A stretch of 63,205 nucleotides of DNA, counting the filler, from Reticulomyxa filosa (taxonomy: Eukaryota > Protista > Foraminifera), in NCBI GenBank assembly GCA_000512085.1. It is 22 parts of 22 records of this genome, joined end to end, with 100 filler letters (N's around TTAATTAATTAA, not from the genome) between each part and the next. Parts side by side here need not be neighbours in the genome. Positions count along the whole stretch, not along the records: positions 36,534 to 43,301 come from ASPP01005194.1; positions 43,402 to 44,501 come from ASPP01046079.1; positions 44,602 to 45,601 come from ASPP01037367.1; positions 45,702 to 48,148 come from ASPP01018639.1; positions 48,249 to 52,211 come from ASPP01010953.1; positions 52,312 to 56,002 come from ASPP01049514.1; 16 more parts are not named here. One strand, 5' to 3'. The notes beneath the pieces were generated by a model. It did no database searches. It was not told the origin of the DNA and saw only the letters and a program-made list of their open reading frames with translations. Position numbers and translations under genes: made by a program. Within the stretch, counting starts at the first letter, position 1. Every line of letters starts with the position of its first letter. Shown here piece after piece: positions 40,631-54,738 of this stretch.

Positions 40631-41314
40631 AAATTGGACTGTTATTAACAGGGTTGGGAGCAGGCTTTTTATTTCTTGGGATGTTATTGTTCTTCGACAG
40701 AGCCTTGCTTGCACTCGGAAATGTATGATTTCTAAAATTGTATTTAATAAAAAGAGAAAGAATTTAGTTTAAAAAAATAAAATAAAACAAACAAATGTAT
40801 AGCTGCTATTTTTAGTGGGACTAGTATTTTTGATAGGTCCCGCTAGCACTATGCAATTTTTTATGCGAAGGAAGAAAAATCCTGGAACATTCTGTTTCTT
40901 TGCAGGTGCACTTTTGGTACTTTTTGGTTGGGCTTTCATTGGAATGATAGTGGAATTATTTGGAATTATCAATTTATTTAAGTTATTTGTTGGCATGTTT
41001 TGTTCAAAATTGCATATGGCTCGGATTTGTTTGGTGTCAGGGGTCAATCTTATGCGATAAATGTTTTCATGTATGAATGTGTATGTTTTCATAGAAATTT
41101 CTTTCCACAGCTCATTGGGGCGCTTATGTATTTCCCTATCATCGGACCAATATTACGCTCGCCAGTGTTACAAACTGTTTTGTTTGTGTGATTCCCTTTT
41201 CGACACACCATTTCACAAACAATTTTCGGACTCTCTTTTGTGATCGGTTGTTGATCCTTACAGATCATCAAGAAATTCCGAGGACCTATTTTGGCTACTC
41301 AAAATATTGATTAA
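40631..41314 (+). CDS. GOT1: Vesicle transport protein GOT1 (Got1/Sft2 family), first exon not located
   Basis: IGLLLTGLGAGFLFLGMLLFFDRALLALGN|LLFLVGLVFLIGP..FF..GTFCFFAGALLVLFGWAFIGMIVELFGIINLF|NFFP..PIIGPIL. Confidence 0.92.
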
Positions 41315-41714
41315 CAAAATCATTTATGCACAAAGGTTTTTTTTGGTCATGTCCTTTGTTTTGAAGATGTGGTTACGTTTATTTTTTCCTACTCACGGCG
41401 GACTATTCGCAGGCTGTGGTGCGAATTTTCCAAAAGGTTTTTTTGAACATAAAACTCTCACGTGCGAAAAAGTTTGCTTTTTAAAATATATAACATAATA
41501 ATCTTCAAACCAACGAGAAATTTCAAACATGCCCAAGCAAAATATTCACACAAAAATCATCAGGTCCATTGTTTTTGGATATACTTTTTCGCTTGTGTAG
41601 TGTCTTGACTTTCATTTTAACAATTTGTGTCTGACTTTTGTGATGACCTTTTTGTAACGAAACAAAAAAAAAAAAAGGGAGCACTTTTTGTGGTTTAACA
41701 AATCTAAAGATCGT

Positions 41715-42464
41715 TCAGTTTTCAAGAAAAGTTGAAAAAATTTTTTCTTGGCTCCTTTCCAAGTCCCACTGGTTTTCCTCCAATATTTTTACAATGTCCT
41801 CTTCCTTCATTTGTGAAAATGTTCTGGAAAGCAATTCAATTTTGTAACATTTCATATCAAATGAAGAAGTTTCACAGTTTAGTGTGGCTTTTTCAAGTTC
41901 ACATAATTGCGACATAAAGCCTATATTGGGACCAATATCACTTTTCACTGACTTTACCTTAGTATAGGCATCTTTTAGAGACATTTGACAATAAGATATA
42001 TAAAAAGCCAGTACTACGCTCACAGAACGGCTTTGTCTGTATTGCATGTGTCAAAGTTTCAAAATCCCTTTAGTTGCTCAAATGTTTGTTTTTCTCCAAA
42101 AATTAAATTATTAGTTTAGTTTATACCCGGCGTTGCAATGGACCAAAAATATTTCCTTTTTTTTGTCTGCTTTGCTGGCTTTGAGGCTTTCGTGCATGAA
42201 TAAAGACAATGATTTGACCGTCGGAATTATGTTGACCATTGCATCATCTTTGATAGGACGATACACAATGTTAAATTCAGCACACAAACTTGCAGTTGGT
42301 ATTTGATCAGAAGCATTGCTTACATTTATTATCGTTGTTATATGATACTTTTTCAAGGTCGAAGCGTTCTTGGTTGGATAATGTGCAGAGAGAAAGAGGT
42401 AAGGCTCCAATTGATACAATCCTTGTGACTTGGCGTCATCGCCCTCTTCGACCAAGGTTGTCAT
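41715..42464 (-). CDS. Dual-specificity protein phosphatase with C-terminal CUE-like domain
   Basis: Intron 42037-42126 reconstitutes LVHCNAGQSRS (HCX5R). IGPNIGFMSQL present. Tail IELLSRTFSQMKEEDIVKILEENQWDLERSQEKIF is CUE-like. Confidence 0.9.
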
Positions 42465-43464
42465 CTAGTGAATACCCTTAATGAAACGTACTCAAAACAA
42501 TGAACTTTTCACATTTTTCAAACAAAAAAAACATTAACGGAACCACACTGATATCACGTCATGAACACAAAAGAAAAAAATGTTATTGCAAAAATGTGAT
42601 TGAATAATAATGAGATAAGACAATTTATTGTTAAAAAAATATGTTTACATGATCTTATATTTGAAGTATTGTTTAGTACTAAAGGAATTTATGATAATAA
42701 TTATTTTTGAGCTGTTTCAAGTTAAAAAAAATTATCAATAAAGTCTTTTTAAAACTTTTAACTACTTTTGTACACGATATTTCTTCAGCAACCCAGAAAT
42801 GAAAAAATTATCTTTTTAGACTTTGAAAGTAATGAATGTGGCAAATGATGCTAGATGAAAAAATAAAAAATTTGGGACTAGACCCTTTTTAAGGAACTGT
42901 CCAGTTATCATAATTTTATCTTGATCAAAAAGATTTTTTATTTTAAGCTTATTATTGAGTTATTTTATCAAATCAAAAAGATCAAGTTAATTAAAACGTA
43001 TGGTCACAAAGGGGCTTGCTCTTGTTAGAAAACAGTGAAAAAGACTTCTTGTGTGTACACAAGAATCTTTGTTTTTATTTGTCTGTGGTCAAATTCAACG
43101 TCAGCTAATGTTGAGGATAAAAAAGTGATCCAGCACGCTCATTTAGTAGAAGTAGAAAGTGACAAGAAGGAGTTTTTGTTAAGTATGTTTGTAAACAATT
43201 TCTACCATCATCATTAATCATAATCTCTGCCTAAATTAAGCAAAAAACTGATACAATTGCTCAATCAATGAAAAACATATTTTGTTTGATTGTTGTTCAC
43301 GNNNNNNNNNNNNNNNNNNNNNNNNNNNNNNNNNNNNNNNNNNNNTTAATTAATTAANNNNNNNNNNNNNNNNNNNNNNNNNNNNNNNNNNNNNNNNNNN
43401 NCTTTTTTATTTATATGCATTGTTTTGTGAAAATTTACAACAAAAAATTTAAACAAAATATTTA

Positions 43465-44058
43465 TTAACTAGTATTTTCTTCAATTATAGAATCAATATC
43501 GATAAAGCCCTTTGTCCAAATTTTATCAAGTTCATCTTTATTATTATCAAATATTTCAAGTTTCACTGGTATTTTGTAATCTATTACTATAAATGGATTT
43601 TCTAGTTCTGATTTTCCATTCATTTTATTATCAGATGCCCACATCAAATCGGGGAATACTGTAGATTTCTCATATAATTCTTTATCACTTTTTGATCCAG
43701 ATATTGTTGCTTGATGTGCAACTTGTATATTACTATCAGTAATAGCTTCCAAAATGTATTGCGCCGATCTCATTATAACATTGTTCTTTGTTTCTTTCTC
43801 AATGTCAATAACGACGAACCTCCAATTTGAACTTAAAATTATATTTAATTTTTGTAAATTATTACATTTAATTTTGTCGTTCTTGCATTCATCACAAGAC
43901 TGTCAAATTTTATTGTCGACAAATTTTATATTAATTAATTTGTGTTTTATACTGGACTTCTTTATATTATAGGCTGCTTTATCACATGTCATAGGATATG
44001 ATGCATAATTTGCTTCTTTAGAAAATAAATTTTTATCTTCATGTACTGTTTGTCTCAT
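43465..44058 (-). pseudogene. Hypothetical ORF with one in-frame TGA; C-terminal part has a PD-(D/E)xK-like motif
   Basis: Frame open from about 44058 except TGA near 43904. VFPDLMW...PFIVIDYKIP. Confidence 0.35.
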
Positions 44059-46069
44059 CAATTGTTCTATGCTATGTTTTTGTTATGTGTATTATATTTT
44101 TATCAAATAAAAGAATATATACAAAACTCATTTGCTTTTGTTCTTGTGCAATTGATTTTTTTTAATTAAGAAAAATGTAATGCGAAATTAATTGAAGTGT
44201 TTTAATAAAAAAAGAAAATTTGTTGAACGTTTTATATATGCTGAAATATTTAACATTTAATGAAATACATGTGGTGACAAAAGTTTTCATATACTTTGTA
44301 GTGTTTTGCTTTTTCACATGTTTCAATTTGAAAAATTTATTATGTTTTGATTTGTTTGTGGATCATACTTAAGAACGATAAAGCAATTCTATTTTCAGTT
44401 AAAACAGAAATGGAACTTTATATGTTTGAATGTACAAAAATAGCCATTGACAAACAATTTGTTCTACACGCAATTAGTAAATAAACACAGATCTTTTCTG
44501 GNNNNNNNNNNNNNNNNNNNNNNNNNNNNNNNNNNNNNNNNNNNNTTAATTAATTAANNNNNNNNNNNNNNNNNNNNNNNNNNNNNNNNNNNNNNNNNNN
44601 NACCAACCGCCTCAAAAAAGAAAAAGACGCACTAAAATGCATCCATATAAAGATGATGCTATATCTCACTGTCTACGAAAGGTAGAAAGTTAAACATATC
44701 TACGTCACTTGGAGATTGCGAAAAACACAAAAGAAAACATTTAGTATTTTTATTTTTAATACCAACACAAATCTTTAACTATCCTAAGAATTTTCAAAAA
44801 ATGAAAAAAAATATTAACGATTCTTGTATGATTTAATACACTTTTATTAAAAATCAAAGGTATTTTTAGATTCTCCACGATGTCGAGATATCATTTAAAA
44901 AAAATTTTAAAAAAACGTTAATTTTTCATCAAAAAAATTGCAAATATTTATAGTGATGTATCTTAGGAAGGTCTCTTTTTTTGCGGTCGATTGTGCGAAT
45001 ACTCTTTTTTGTGGCGTTACCAATTAATAGTAACTTTAATATAATATATCTTCAAAGCAAGCTGTACTTAATGTAATAAATAATAAAACAGTAATTAAAA
45101 ATATTAAGTAAAAAAATATAAATTGCTTTCCATTTTCACTTATGTTTGCATTACATTAATAATAATGCATAATATGTATTTTTACGACTGCTTTTTTTGC
45201 ATTTTGCCATTTTTGGCATTTTATTTTTGCAATTTTTTTGCCATTTTTAGTACAATAATTTTATTATTTGAAAAAATTTACGTCTTGCTTTTGAAAAAAA
45301 AATGCATAAAATGATTTAGTTATAATTTTTACTAATTTAAAAAAAAGGAATTTGCCAAAGTGAACTTTTTTCCATTCATCATTAAAACATATGTCCACGA
45401 CCTTTTTATTACATTTATTAATTCAATACCTATTTGTTTTATCATGGCGCTTAGCATTGGCTGATGGATCCATGGCAAAAGGTGTCATTTGTGTTTTGTT
45501 TTAGAACATGTTCTTGTTTTAAATTCACGTAAGCTTTGAAAATCTCTTATTATATAACTTGTATGCTGGACTAGTCCAAGAGAGTACTCAAGATAAGTAT
45601 GNNNNNNNNNNNNNNNNNNNNNNNNNNNNNNNNNNNNNNNNNNNNTTAATTAATTAANNNNNNNNNNNNNNNNNNNNNNNNNNNNNNNNNNNNNNNNNNN
45701 NAAAAAAAAAAAACTAACGTTCAAAGTATTCCAAAGCTTATAAGTATCATGTTTATGAATCTTGTTCCTGCAATCTCGACTGTGAGGAAATCGACGCCAT
45801 ATGTTATATCATCACTAAGTATACTGAGTAGTCGGCGCTTCAGTCCAACAGGCCCGAGTACAGGAGGGCAACTGTTAGTTCGTCGACAAGACGGATCGTT
45901 GTTAACAACAAACGAAGCGGAAAAAACATAACAAGAATTTTATCCTTTTTTTTGACTAATCGTTTTCTGTCTTCGTCAAAATTTCGGCAGAAAAAAAATC
46001 TTTTGAAGACAAAAAACATTTTTTGGACAGTTTTTATAATACATACGCCCAAAATTTTGCACTGTCTTG

Positions 46070-46340
46070 GTGCACGCGTCCAAAATATACAGTTTTTTTT
46101 TTAAATCCGAAAAGCGCTTTCGTTAAGGACGTATGCTTCTACGACAAATTTTCTTTATCAAAAAAGACAAGTTTTTTATTATCTTAAAAATGATTATATT
46201 GTATTTTCTAAAAATTGATTAACCAGTTGTTACGTTACTTTTCCAGCCCAAAAAAAAAAGTGCAACACGAAGTGTATGTCTTCAACCGAAGTGCTTTTCG
46301 GGTTTAAAAAAATTATGCCAGACATTTTAGACACATGCAC
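46070..46340. repeat. Imperfect inverted repeat (~70-bp arms, ~130-bp spacer), MITE-like
   Basis: 46070-46139 aligns with the reverse complement of 46269-46340. Differences are mostly transitions. Confidence 0.75.
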
Positions 46341-47229
46341 AAATGAAAACGATAAAATTCTTTTTATGTAAGATCAGAAATTAAAATGCAACGTCATTAA
46401 AAAAACTTGTAGCATTTTCGGACTCGTCATCATAAAAACAGAAGAAAAAATTGTGTCAATGCTTTTTAGATAATATTTAGTAAAAATTTTTGTAAAAAAC
46501 TAAGCATAGAAATTGTTAGATATTTTTTCCTCGTTTGGTTCAACTATTGAACAGTCAAAAAGCTATTTCTGCAAAAAAATCTCGGACAGTTTTTCAAAGC
46601 CAAAAAAGTTATTTTACTTTCTCCAAGTCAAGTCTAACTTTGCTTATTTCTATCCGTACTCTTTCCAATTCTGTTTTTGTTTCTTCCAATTTTATTTTGT
46701 TGTTTCCAATTCTGTGTTGGCCTCCATTGATCAATGTTTTGTTTTCTCTAGTTCCATTCTTATACGCTCCAATTTCACATTTTCCAATTCTTTTTCAGTT
46801 CTATTTTTAACAAAAATACGATAAATATAATACTGTTGCAAGATTCGGTTTTCTTCGACTAGGACGTTGTGATTGCTGATATCCATAAAAATGCGATATG
46901 TTTGTGAGCTGCACCAAGCGCAAACCCAGATCAAACAAAGTCAACACATGTTAACTTTTCAAGATCCGTCTTCTGTCTATCCATCCTAAACTCTCCCGGA
47001 TAATTTTACAAACATAAAACAAATTCAAAAAAGTAACTCGATTTTTTGATACAGCCATGAAAAGGGAGGAGAGAGGACAATTGTACATTTCTGAGTCATA
47101 CCATAAAAAAAACAAAACACGAAACTGAACAATAAGTATATTATTGTGTCCTATATTTAAAAAGGATCCATTAAAACATTGTTTTATTTTTATACAGCCA
47201 TCATATTTTTTAAATTTGTAAAAAAAAAA

Positions 47230-48035
47230 GTGAGTCGAGTCACATTTTTGCTTTGTTTTTTAGCTGTGTCAATTGGTGGAATGCCGTTCTCTCTTAGAGA
47301 AGGTAAGTGCGACAGCAAGCAAACTGGAGTCACTACAATGAGCAAGTTGTACATTAACGACTAGTGAGATCAAAAGTGTGCCGTACATAACGATTGGAGC
47401 AACCCACAAAAAAAAAACTAACAATATGTAGATATTTCAAAGATACTTTCTTCCAACGTCACCGTAATTCGAATTAGATAAAAGGAGTAAAAGAAACCAT
47501 CTGTAAAGATTTGTAAACATGAAATATATAATACCAACTTGCACGCTTTCCCGGGCACGTTCGACAATCCGAATATCAATCTTTCGCATATACTCCCAGT
47601 GCAAAATAACATGCAACTAAAAATGTACATTATCACTACCCAACGGATTTTCATATTTACGGTGATCTCCTCTTTTTCTTCTTCTTTTTCGGGTGGTGCT
47701 AACTGTGACACGACTTGCACTTCAATTTGGAGTGCCGCGATTCCAGAACCCCTTTTTCGTGTTGAACGTCTCCATAGGTATCCTCGTGTCAGATACAACA
47801 ACCATGCACAGTATAAACTGCACGTAAAGTTAAGCACAAACGTCAATAAGTGCCCATTCTGAGCCCATTCCTGTTTTACTTAGGTTCAAATGCATTTTAT
47901 TTCACCTTCTTTTCTCAGTCAAGAGTCTAGATCCTCTTGTGTTAATACCTTCAAACAAAAAGAAATCCAATTTAAGTTCCTAGCCAAACTTTTTGGCAAT
48001 AAATGTTTTTCATTTAGTGGACAGGCATATTCCAT
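47230..48035 (-). CDS. Multi-pass membrane protein (possibly GPCR-like)
   Basis: MEYACPL..ISFCLK|EWAQNGHLLTFVLNFTCSL.. joined by a phase-0 GT-AG intron, with several hydrophobic helices (FFYSFYLIRI). 3' end uncertain. Confidence 0.5.
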
Positions 48036-48248
48036 TGATTATTTATAATTAGGACTTTTGTTAACGTAGGAATTGTTGTAAATATTTAATGATCATATTC
48101 AATTAAAAGTCTCTCCTAAAATATTTTTTACAATAAATATTAAAAGTGNNNNNNNNNNNNNNNNNNNNNNNNNNNNNNNNNNNNNNNNNNNNTTAATTAA
48201 TTAANNNNNNNNNNNNNNNNNNNNNNNNNNNNNNNNNNNNNNNNNNNN

Positions 48249-48649
48249 TCTTCTTCTTCTTCTTCTTCTTTTTCCTCTTCTGGTGGTGACCTTGCTTCGC
48301 TTTCACCTCTGTCGACATCTTCTGGTTCTAAAACTACCAAGTCTTCTGGGTCCTCCGAGTCTTCTTCACTGTCGTGCTGCTCTAGAGGACTTTTTTTAAA
48401 CGTTGCAAACCCTTTATCGCTGGGATAGTCCCCGTAATGATTATGCATCTTCCCTGGGTGGCTTTCATGAAATGGTGAGCCTCCGACTAAGGCTAACGAG
48501 GTTGCTAACACTAACCAGCCAACCAAACTTAATACTATCAATGTAATCACGCCGTTTCGGAAAGTGCACAAAGAACCAACCGAGCTATTATTTCTTCGAC
48601 TGATCACATTTTTTTTTAAGGATTGTGCACGAGTCGCATTATTTTGCAT
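48249..48649 (-). CDS. Type II membrane protein, N-terminal part
   Basis: ATG ORF with one TM segment (VITLIVLSLVGWLVLATSLALV) and acidic stem, truncated at spacer. Confidence 0.6.
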
Positions 48650-48979
48650 ATTGGAATTCTATTTTATGATTCCAATTATTTTTTTAAAAAAAACCTTTGT
48701 CTATTGCATTCATTTGACAAAAACTTTTTAACTCTTTAAGGAAGAAAAACTAGTCGTTAACATATCCTAGACACGCTAATAACACTTTATAAGTGCTTAA
48801 TGCTTGTAGATTGATTAAATACGATAACTATTGTTTAATTAAAGAACTATGTTGATAATCTTTAATAATGTTATGTTCTATTGATCTCCTTTGGAGAATG
48901 ATCTTCAACTACAAACAAATGCTATTGAATGTCAACATTTTTATATATATTACTTTTTTGGTAACTTTTCAATATTATT

Positions 48980-49830
48980 ATGATAAGAACAGATAAAAGA
49001 AATGAAAACGAGGATGATCACAGAAAAAATAGCAAAAGAAGTATCACCGTTTTAGAAAGAGATGGAAGTTATCAACGTTTGAACTATGTGAACTTTAGTT
49101 TTTGGAATATGAAGTGGGTAAATGACCAAAAAAATGCATACATGGAGCAAAGAATCAGGAAAGATATTCCACAGGTGTTTGCCTCAGTGGAAGTATGCTA
49201 CAGTCACTTAAATTCTGTAAGCCAAAAAGATTCGAAAGAGCTCAGCTCGATACTCTTTCAGTGCTAGGGCCTTTTGGAAAACCAGACAAGACACCCTTTT
49301 TTAAAAAAATATTGTTTCAGTTGAAAGCACAAGAAATGAATCAATATTAGAACAAGTGTTGTGTGCATTGGGAACGATAAGTGGTAATAATGTGGTTTAT
49401 CGGAACATGTTGTTAAAAGCGTGAGGACTTGACAAAGTGATTTCTCGGTTGTCGTATATCCAAAAAACAATCAACCAACACCGAATGCTATTAATGCGTT
49501 TTGCATGTCGATGTGTAAGTCAATTTTGTCGTGAAAAACCTCATCATCGTCTTGTTGCTGAAAAATGCATCAAAGCACTGATGCCATTTTTTGATTACAG
49601 ACTTTGCAATATACTGCATCTGCTTTCAGTTGGCTGATTGAAGTGATGACAATATGTATTGTGACGAAGAAGACGAAAACAACTGGACCATGTCAGATAT
49701 AAGGAATGATAGTGGATGTATCTACCTGGTGCAATCATGAGATGCTTTTCCGAAATTAATAAATAGGAATTTGGTAAATACTTCTTTCGAACTTGATGAA
49801 TATCATCGTAGTTACTCGTTGGTTTTTTTG
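48980..49830 (+). pseudogene. Importin-alpha (ARM repeat) pseudogene
   Basis: EQVLCALGTISGNNVVYRNMLL..*..LMRFACRCVSQFCREKP resembles importin-alpha EQAVWALGNIAGDS..CRD.VL / LRNATW.LSN.CRGKP. Many stops and frameshifts. Confidence 0.65.
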
Positions 49831-50574
49831 GACTGAAATTTATTGAAGATATCCAACTGAAAAGATCAAAGATAATTTCAGTAACTACAAATAATAATTG
49901 GATACATAGACAATTCGTTCAAAGTCCCAAAGAGTGTAAGTGAAACAAACTATTAATATGATAATTACTAATTGGGGAACATCAAAAAGAGGCCATGTGA
50001 TGAATCTAAATGAGAATTTTTAGTTTTTTGTAGCCAAAAGGCGTCTATAGATAAAAAAAATGTTTCTTTTTTTATTTAGAGGTTGTGGGAATTGTTCGGA
50101 TGTATATATGTTTTCGTGGAAACTTAGCAAAAAAAGTACGCAATGTGATTGAATTATTTGATGTTTTTGCTTTAGAAGAAAAACAAAACAAGATCAAACA
50201 CTTTTTTCAGAGTTTGCTCGTTTGAACTCTGGAAAAATTTATTGTTTAAATTTTAAACTGTTGGCCAAAACAATAATCAATCAAAATATTACAGAATAAT
50301 CTCCAATCAAACTTTTTTTGATCAAGTCTTTGTTGGGAATTTATATTATAAGATAACGCAAAACATGGTTTGAATATGGTTTTTGAAACTTATTTGTACA
50401 ATGAAATGCTTAGCAACTACTTTCAACAATAGAAAAAAAAATTATTGCAAAAATACATTCAATGAATGATGACAAAGCTCGATTTGGCTTTTCTGCCAGA
50501 TATAACAAAAATTTTTGTGCTGAAGAAAAAAACGTGATTAAAAATATTTAACTTCATCAATTACACAAAGAAGA

Positions 50575-52211
50575 TTACGAGAATAAAGGCTGCAACAAAT
50601 CATTACGTTCACCTTCATGCCCCGTTCCTTGTTCTCCAAATTGTTCTGCGTGTCCGACAGTAACACCGGCATGCACATCAGCTGCATCTTTGGTTCGTTC
50701 GTCAGACCCTCCTTCAAACAACACAGGAGCTTTGACTTGTCCTGGGACATCAAAGTCTCTATCAAAACCAATTTCATTTTCTTCCAAAGCATGTTCCGAT
50801 TCACCTTCAATTTCAAGAATTTCACTTGCAGCTTGTTTGCGTTTTCGCCAATAACAATAACCCAATATGACCGAGATTATGACAAAAATGACAAGACATG
50901 CAACCAACCACCAGACCCATTTTGGTGTATTTTTAGTAGAGCTATCGCTTTCACCGGTTACATCTACTTTCATTTCCAATATCGATGGATACACGGGTGT
51001 GCAATAATCTCTGCTAAGTGAGCTATTGCATTCTGTGATGTACAAAACATACCATTTGTATTTATCACTTCCAGACGCGACTACTTGCTTTTCGATTACA
51101 AATTCGATTTTTTGTTCTGTTTTTGTTTTGTTTTTTTTTTTTGGGATAAATCAAGTATCATTGCCAAAAAGTGTTAAACAATATACCAAATTCATTCGCG
51201 TTGAAAAATACAACTCCATTGGTTGGATTAATTCCAATATCTGTGGTTGCACTAGACATGGAATTGATTTCCTTCACATTCAGCAATTGTCTTGTGCGAT
51301 AAGTCTTAGACAAAACACATAACAAAAAACAAAATAAAACAAAGCAAAAAGCGAAACAACTGACACAACATCTTCAAAACGAGTGTATCATTTCAATAGC
51401 ATGTTTGTTGTTATTGCACTAACATGAACATTGTTGGCGTAGCTATAATAATCTATTTCCCAATACACGGACACCAGGTGATCATAGCCTTTGGGCATTC
51501 TGTGAATGCTCACAGATTGAACTTTTGTGTCATCTGCACTGTTGCACATATTTCAAATGTATATTATACATAAGTCAAGCTCTTTTTTTTTTTTTAAAAA
51601 AAAAAAACAACTCACACAAAATCTTTTTCAATATCTTGTCCAGTGCAACTGTATGGATTTTTGGTTGCACATGAGCATCGGTCTTGACTGCAAATATCTC
51701 CTGCAATGTATACGTAAGGAGGTTCAAACGTCGGAGCAAAAGTTGGTGAAGCAGTAGTTGGTGAAGCAGTAGTTGGTGAAGCAGTAGTTGGTGAAAAAGT
51801 AGTCAGTGCTATGGTTGGTACCGTGATCGGAGAAGGGGTTGGCGCCATGGTTACAGCTGCAAAAATATGGACACAACATATCAAATCAATATCTTTTCTT
51901 TCACCTTTTTTTTTGAAAAAAGTGAAACTAACGATAGCAATCTTGTGAGGAAGAATATGCAGACAATCCATCAGCTCCGATGATTTGAGTTTGAACAGTC
52001 CCTGCCAAAGCGTGTGGGCCTCGCGAGTAATCGTAATCTGCCACGGTTTTGGTGCGAGCAGAAGTGATGACTTGATCCGAACTTCCGGACCTTGTGTAGT
52101 AACTGAGCAGATACTTGTGCTCTCTGTCGGTGGCAGCAGCGTCCCATTCGAACTGCACATAGCGAGCATTGGTGGTGTCGTTTTTAATCCAGTACGCATA
52201 GCAGGTTCCAG
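50575..52211 (-). CDS. Type I cell-surface protein with (SPTTA)n mucin-like stalk, Cys-rich modules and C-terminal TM, 5' partial
   Basis: 15-bp tandem repeat 51741-51795, Cys-rich exons, TM WVWWLVACLVIFVIISVILGYCYW followed by RKRK. Confidence 0.75.
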
Positions 52212-54738
52212 NNNNNNNNNNNNNNNNNNNNNNNNNNNNNNNNNNNNNNNNNNNNTTAATTAATTAANNNNNNNNNNNNNNNNNNNNNNNNNNNNNNNNN
52301 NNNNNNNNNNNATTCGCTATCATCGATTTTGAGAACACACGAACAAGCAAAATATATTTATTAAAAAAGTGATTTGGATAAATCAAAAAAAAAGACAAAG
52401 CATTTGCGGTTTCACTTTGATGAAGTAATCTAATCATTTCTTGCCAATCTTGCCTGGATGACGATGATGACGATAATCGGGTTTTTTTGTATTGAGAGAA
52501 CAATACAATCACCGAACGAATTGCAATAATCCACAATTTAAATATTCTCCACCAAATTGACACCCAAGTCATACCCAATTTGCATATCTAATGTGTGCGT
52601 GGCATTGGAAACTACATACAACATAATATGAATGTTATTGACTGTGATTACAGAACACACAACACTCCATTTCCACATATGCTTCGTTTCCGTGAATGTT
52701 ATCCATAACCTCCCAGTGATGTATTGGCTGATCCTCTTTCATCCACTTTGTCTATGGACGTGGACACGACTTGTTTCTCAAAATATGTTTGTACTTCTTG
52801 CACTAGTACATTGTCATTGTCGTCATTCCTCTTACACACAATCCATTAATAATTGTCATATTGTTTGAAGTAGTCGATACATTCCTAAAATTATTGATCA
52901 ACATTTTCGTCTCTTTTCTTCCCATTAATCTCATGTTCCTCTTTCACTCACTTCAAACCAAAACTAAAATGCTTCACAATAAATGGATCTATGTTTACAT
53001 TGCCTTGGTTGATGCATATTACAACCACTGAAAGTATGACACAAACAACATATATTCACACTGACCTTTAAATAGTGGCTGCTATTCTTCAAGTCGACGT
53101 TTGTGCTTTTTTTTTTTTTGTCTTCTTGTTTTTTTCTTGGATTGCATGTGTTGATGTGTGGACCTAACCATGAAGCAACCAGTCTTTGCAATATTCCGAG
53201 AAGGTTGGGCTGGATACTAACAGTGTTGTGAATTTACATTGTTTCATTCATCCTCATTGGCGACTCGTAATACGATTATATTTACGACTATAAATGTGAT
53301 TGTGGCTTGTTCCCCAGATAATACTTATCAATTCGTTGAGCAGTTTCCAAGATTGTCGAGCTTGATCTCCATCTTATTTGTTTGTACATACAAAATTGTA
53401 CATTGAATTGCCAACTGTGTTTAAACCATTTTTCCTTGCAATGCCTTTGTCTAATAACACTATATTCGACGACAATATCGATGATTTGCCATGTTAATTA
53501 TGTTCAATGTTTGACTGTTCATGGCGACACAATTTGGAGAGGAGATAATTTGGGTAGCAGAAGCAATGAATAGAGCTATTATTGAGGATACTTACACAAC
53601 TCAAGTATCTACAATATTACCAATACTATCTGATGCTTTTCACACATCCAAGAATTCAATACTTGCGCGCAACAACCAAGGTACAGTCCGCAAATGGAAC
53701 GAGTATTATATGCCAACGTTGCTTTGGACAACTTGATAATCACTAGTGCTTTCACTTGCAATATTTCATGTTGATATAATTCTTAGCACATAAATCTTTT
53801 GGATTCTTCAATCTACACACACGAAGAGCCAAATAATAACGCATCAATTGGAGATTATTGTGGAGGTAATCGATGATGTTGATGAAAGATGAAGTTCTCG
53901 GATCCATTTCGGTCAGTTATATGAAAAAACTTGGCTTTTTTGTACGTATCGACAACCACTTTCGTTATGAAATTGATCTCACCTTTTGCCTAGGGACTTG
54001 CTTGGAGTGAGGATTGCCCATTCGCGTTTTGATATGGCACCTTGGAGGCAATGCTCGATTTGTGACGATGCTCCAATGCTGCAACAATTGAGATCCTGAG
54101 TCGTTGCGAATTGAAGATGATCTCAGAAGTATGGCCGACCAGTGTTCCTATTCTATCGACAATTATGGACGTAATAAAACTGCAAGTTGATGGTTGTAAA
54201 GAGCCTGGAAGCGCAATTTGTTCTAATAAAAAAACGAACGACTTGAGATTGGATCACAATAATTGTATTCCATGTATTGGCGTCTGCGAAAAAGTGGAAA
54301 CCCATGGAACACAAGTTGGCTTGGACGTATATTGGTAAAAAAATTGCGACACTGCCGGCTGTGTCATGATCATTATATCCTGTCCATAACGCAGTCTACT
54401 TAAGCGTATACTTTGACGGATATAACCTTCAATTGTGGAAGAATTCTGTAATTAGCATATTTTGAACAGATTCAACCACTACATAGCATCTTCTTGGACC
54501 ATTCTATCATTGACTTGGCTGGCGCAGCTGATGATACTTTATTTGCCGTTTGTATGTCGATTATGATAAGACGCATAAGCTGTAAGTCATCACAAATTCC
54601 ATCACGACGATAATGAAACCACACTCCACCAAAAAACGACAATCAGCGTTTCTATAACAACATGCAATAACTTTGGCTGTAAAATCATAGATCATTTTTT
54701 TCAAACAAATACATAAACACAAATTACTTAACTGACAT

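Noticed and set aside
24040-49830. Alternative genetic code suggested by in-frame stops
   Set aside because: Intact genes use TAA, TAG and TGA as normal stops. Internal stops occur only in decayed or unidentified segments.
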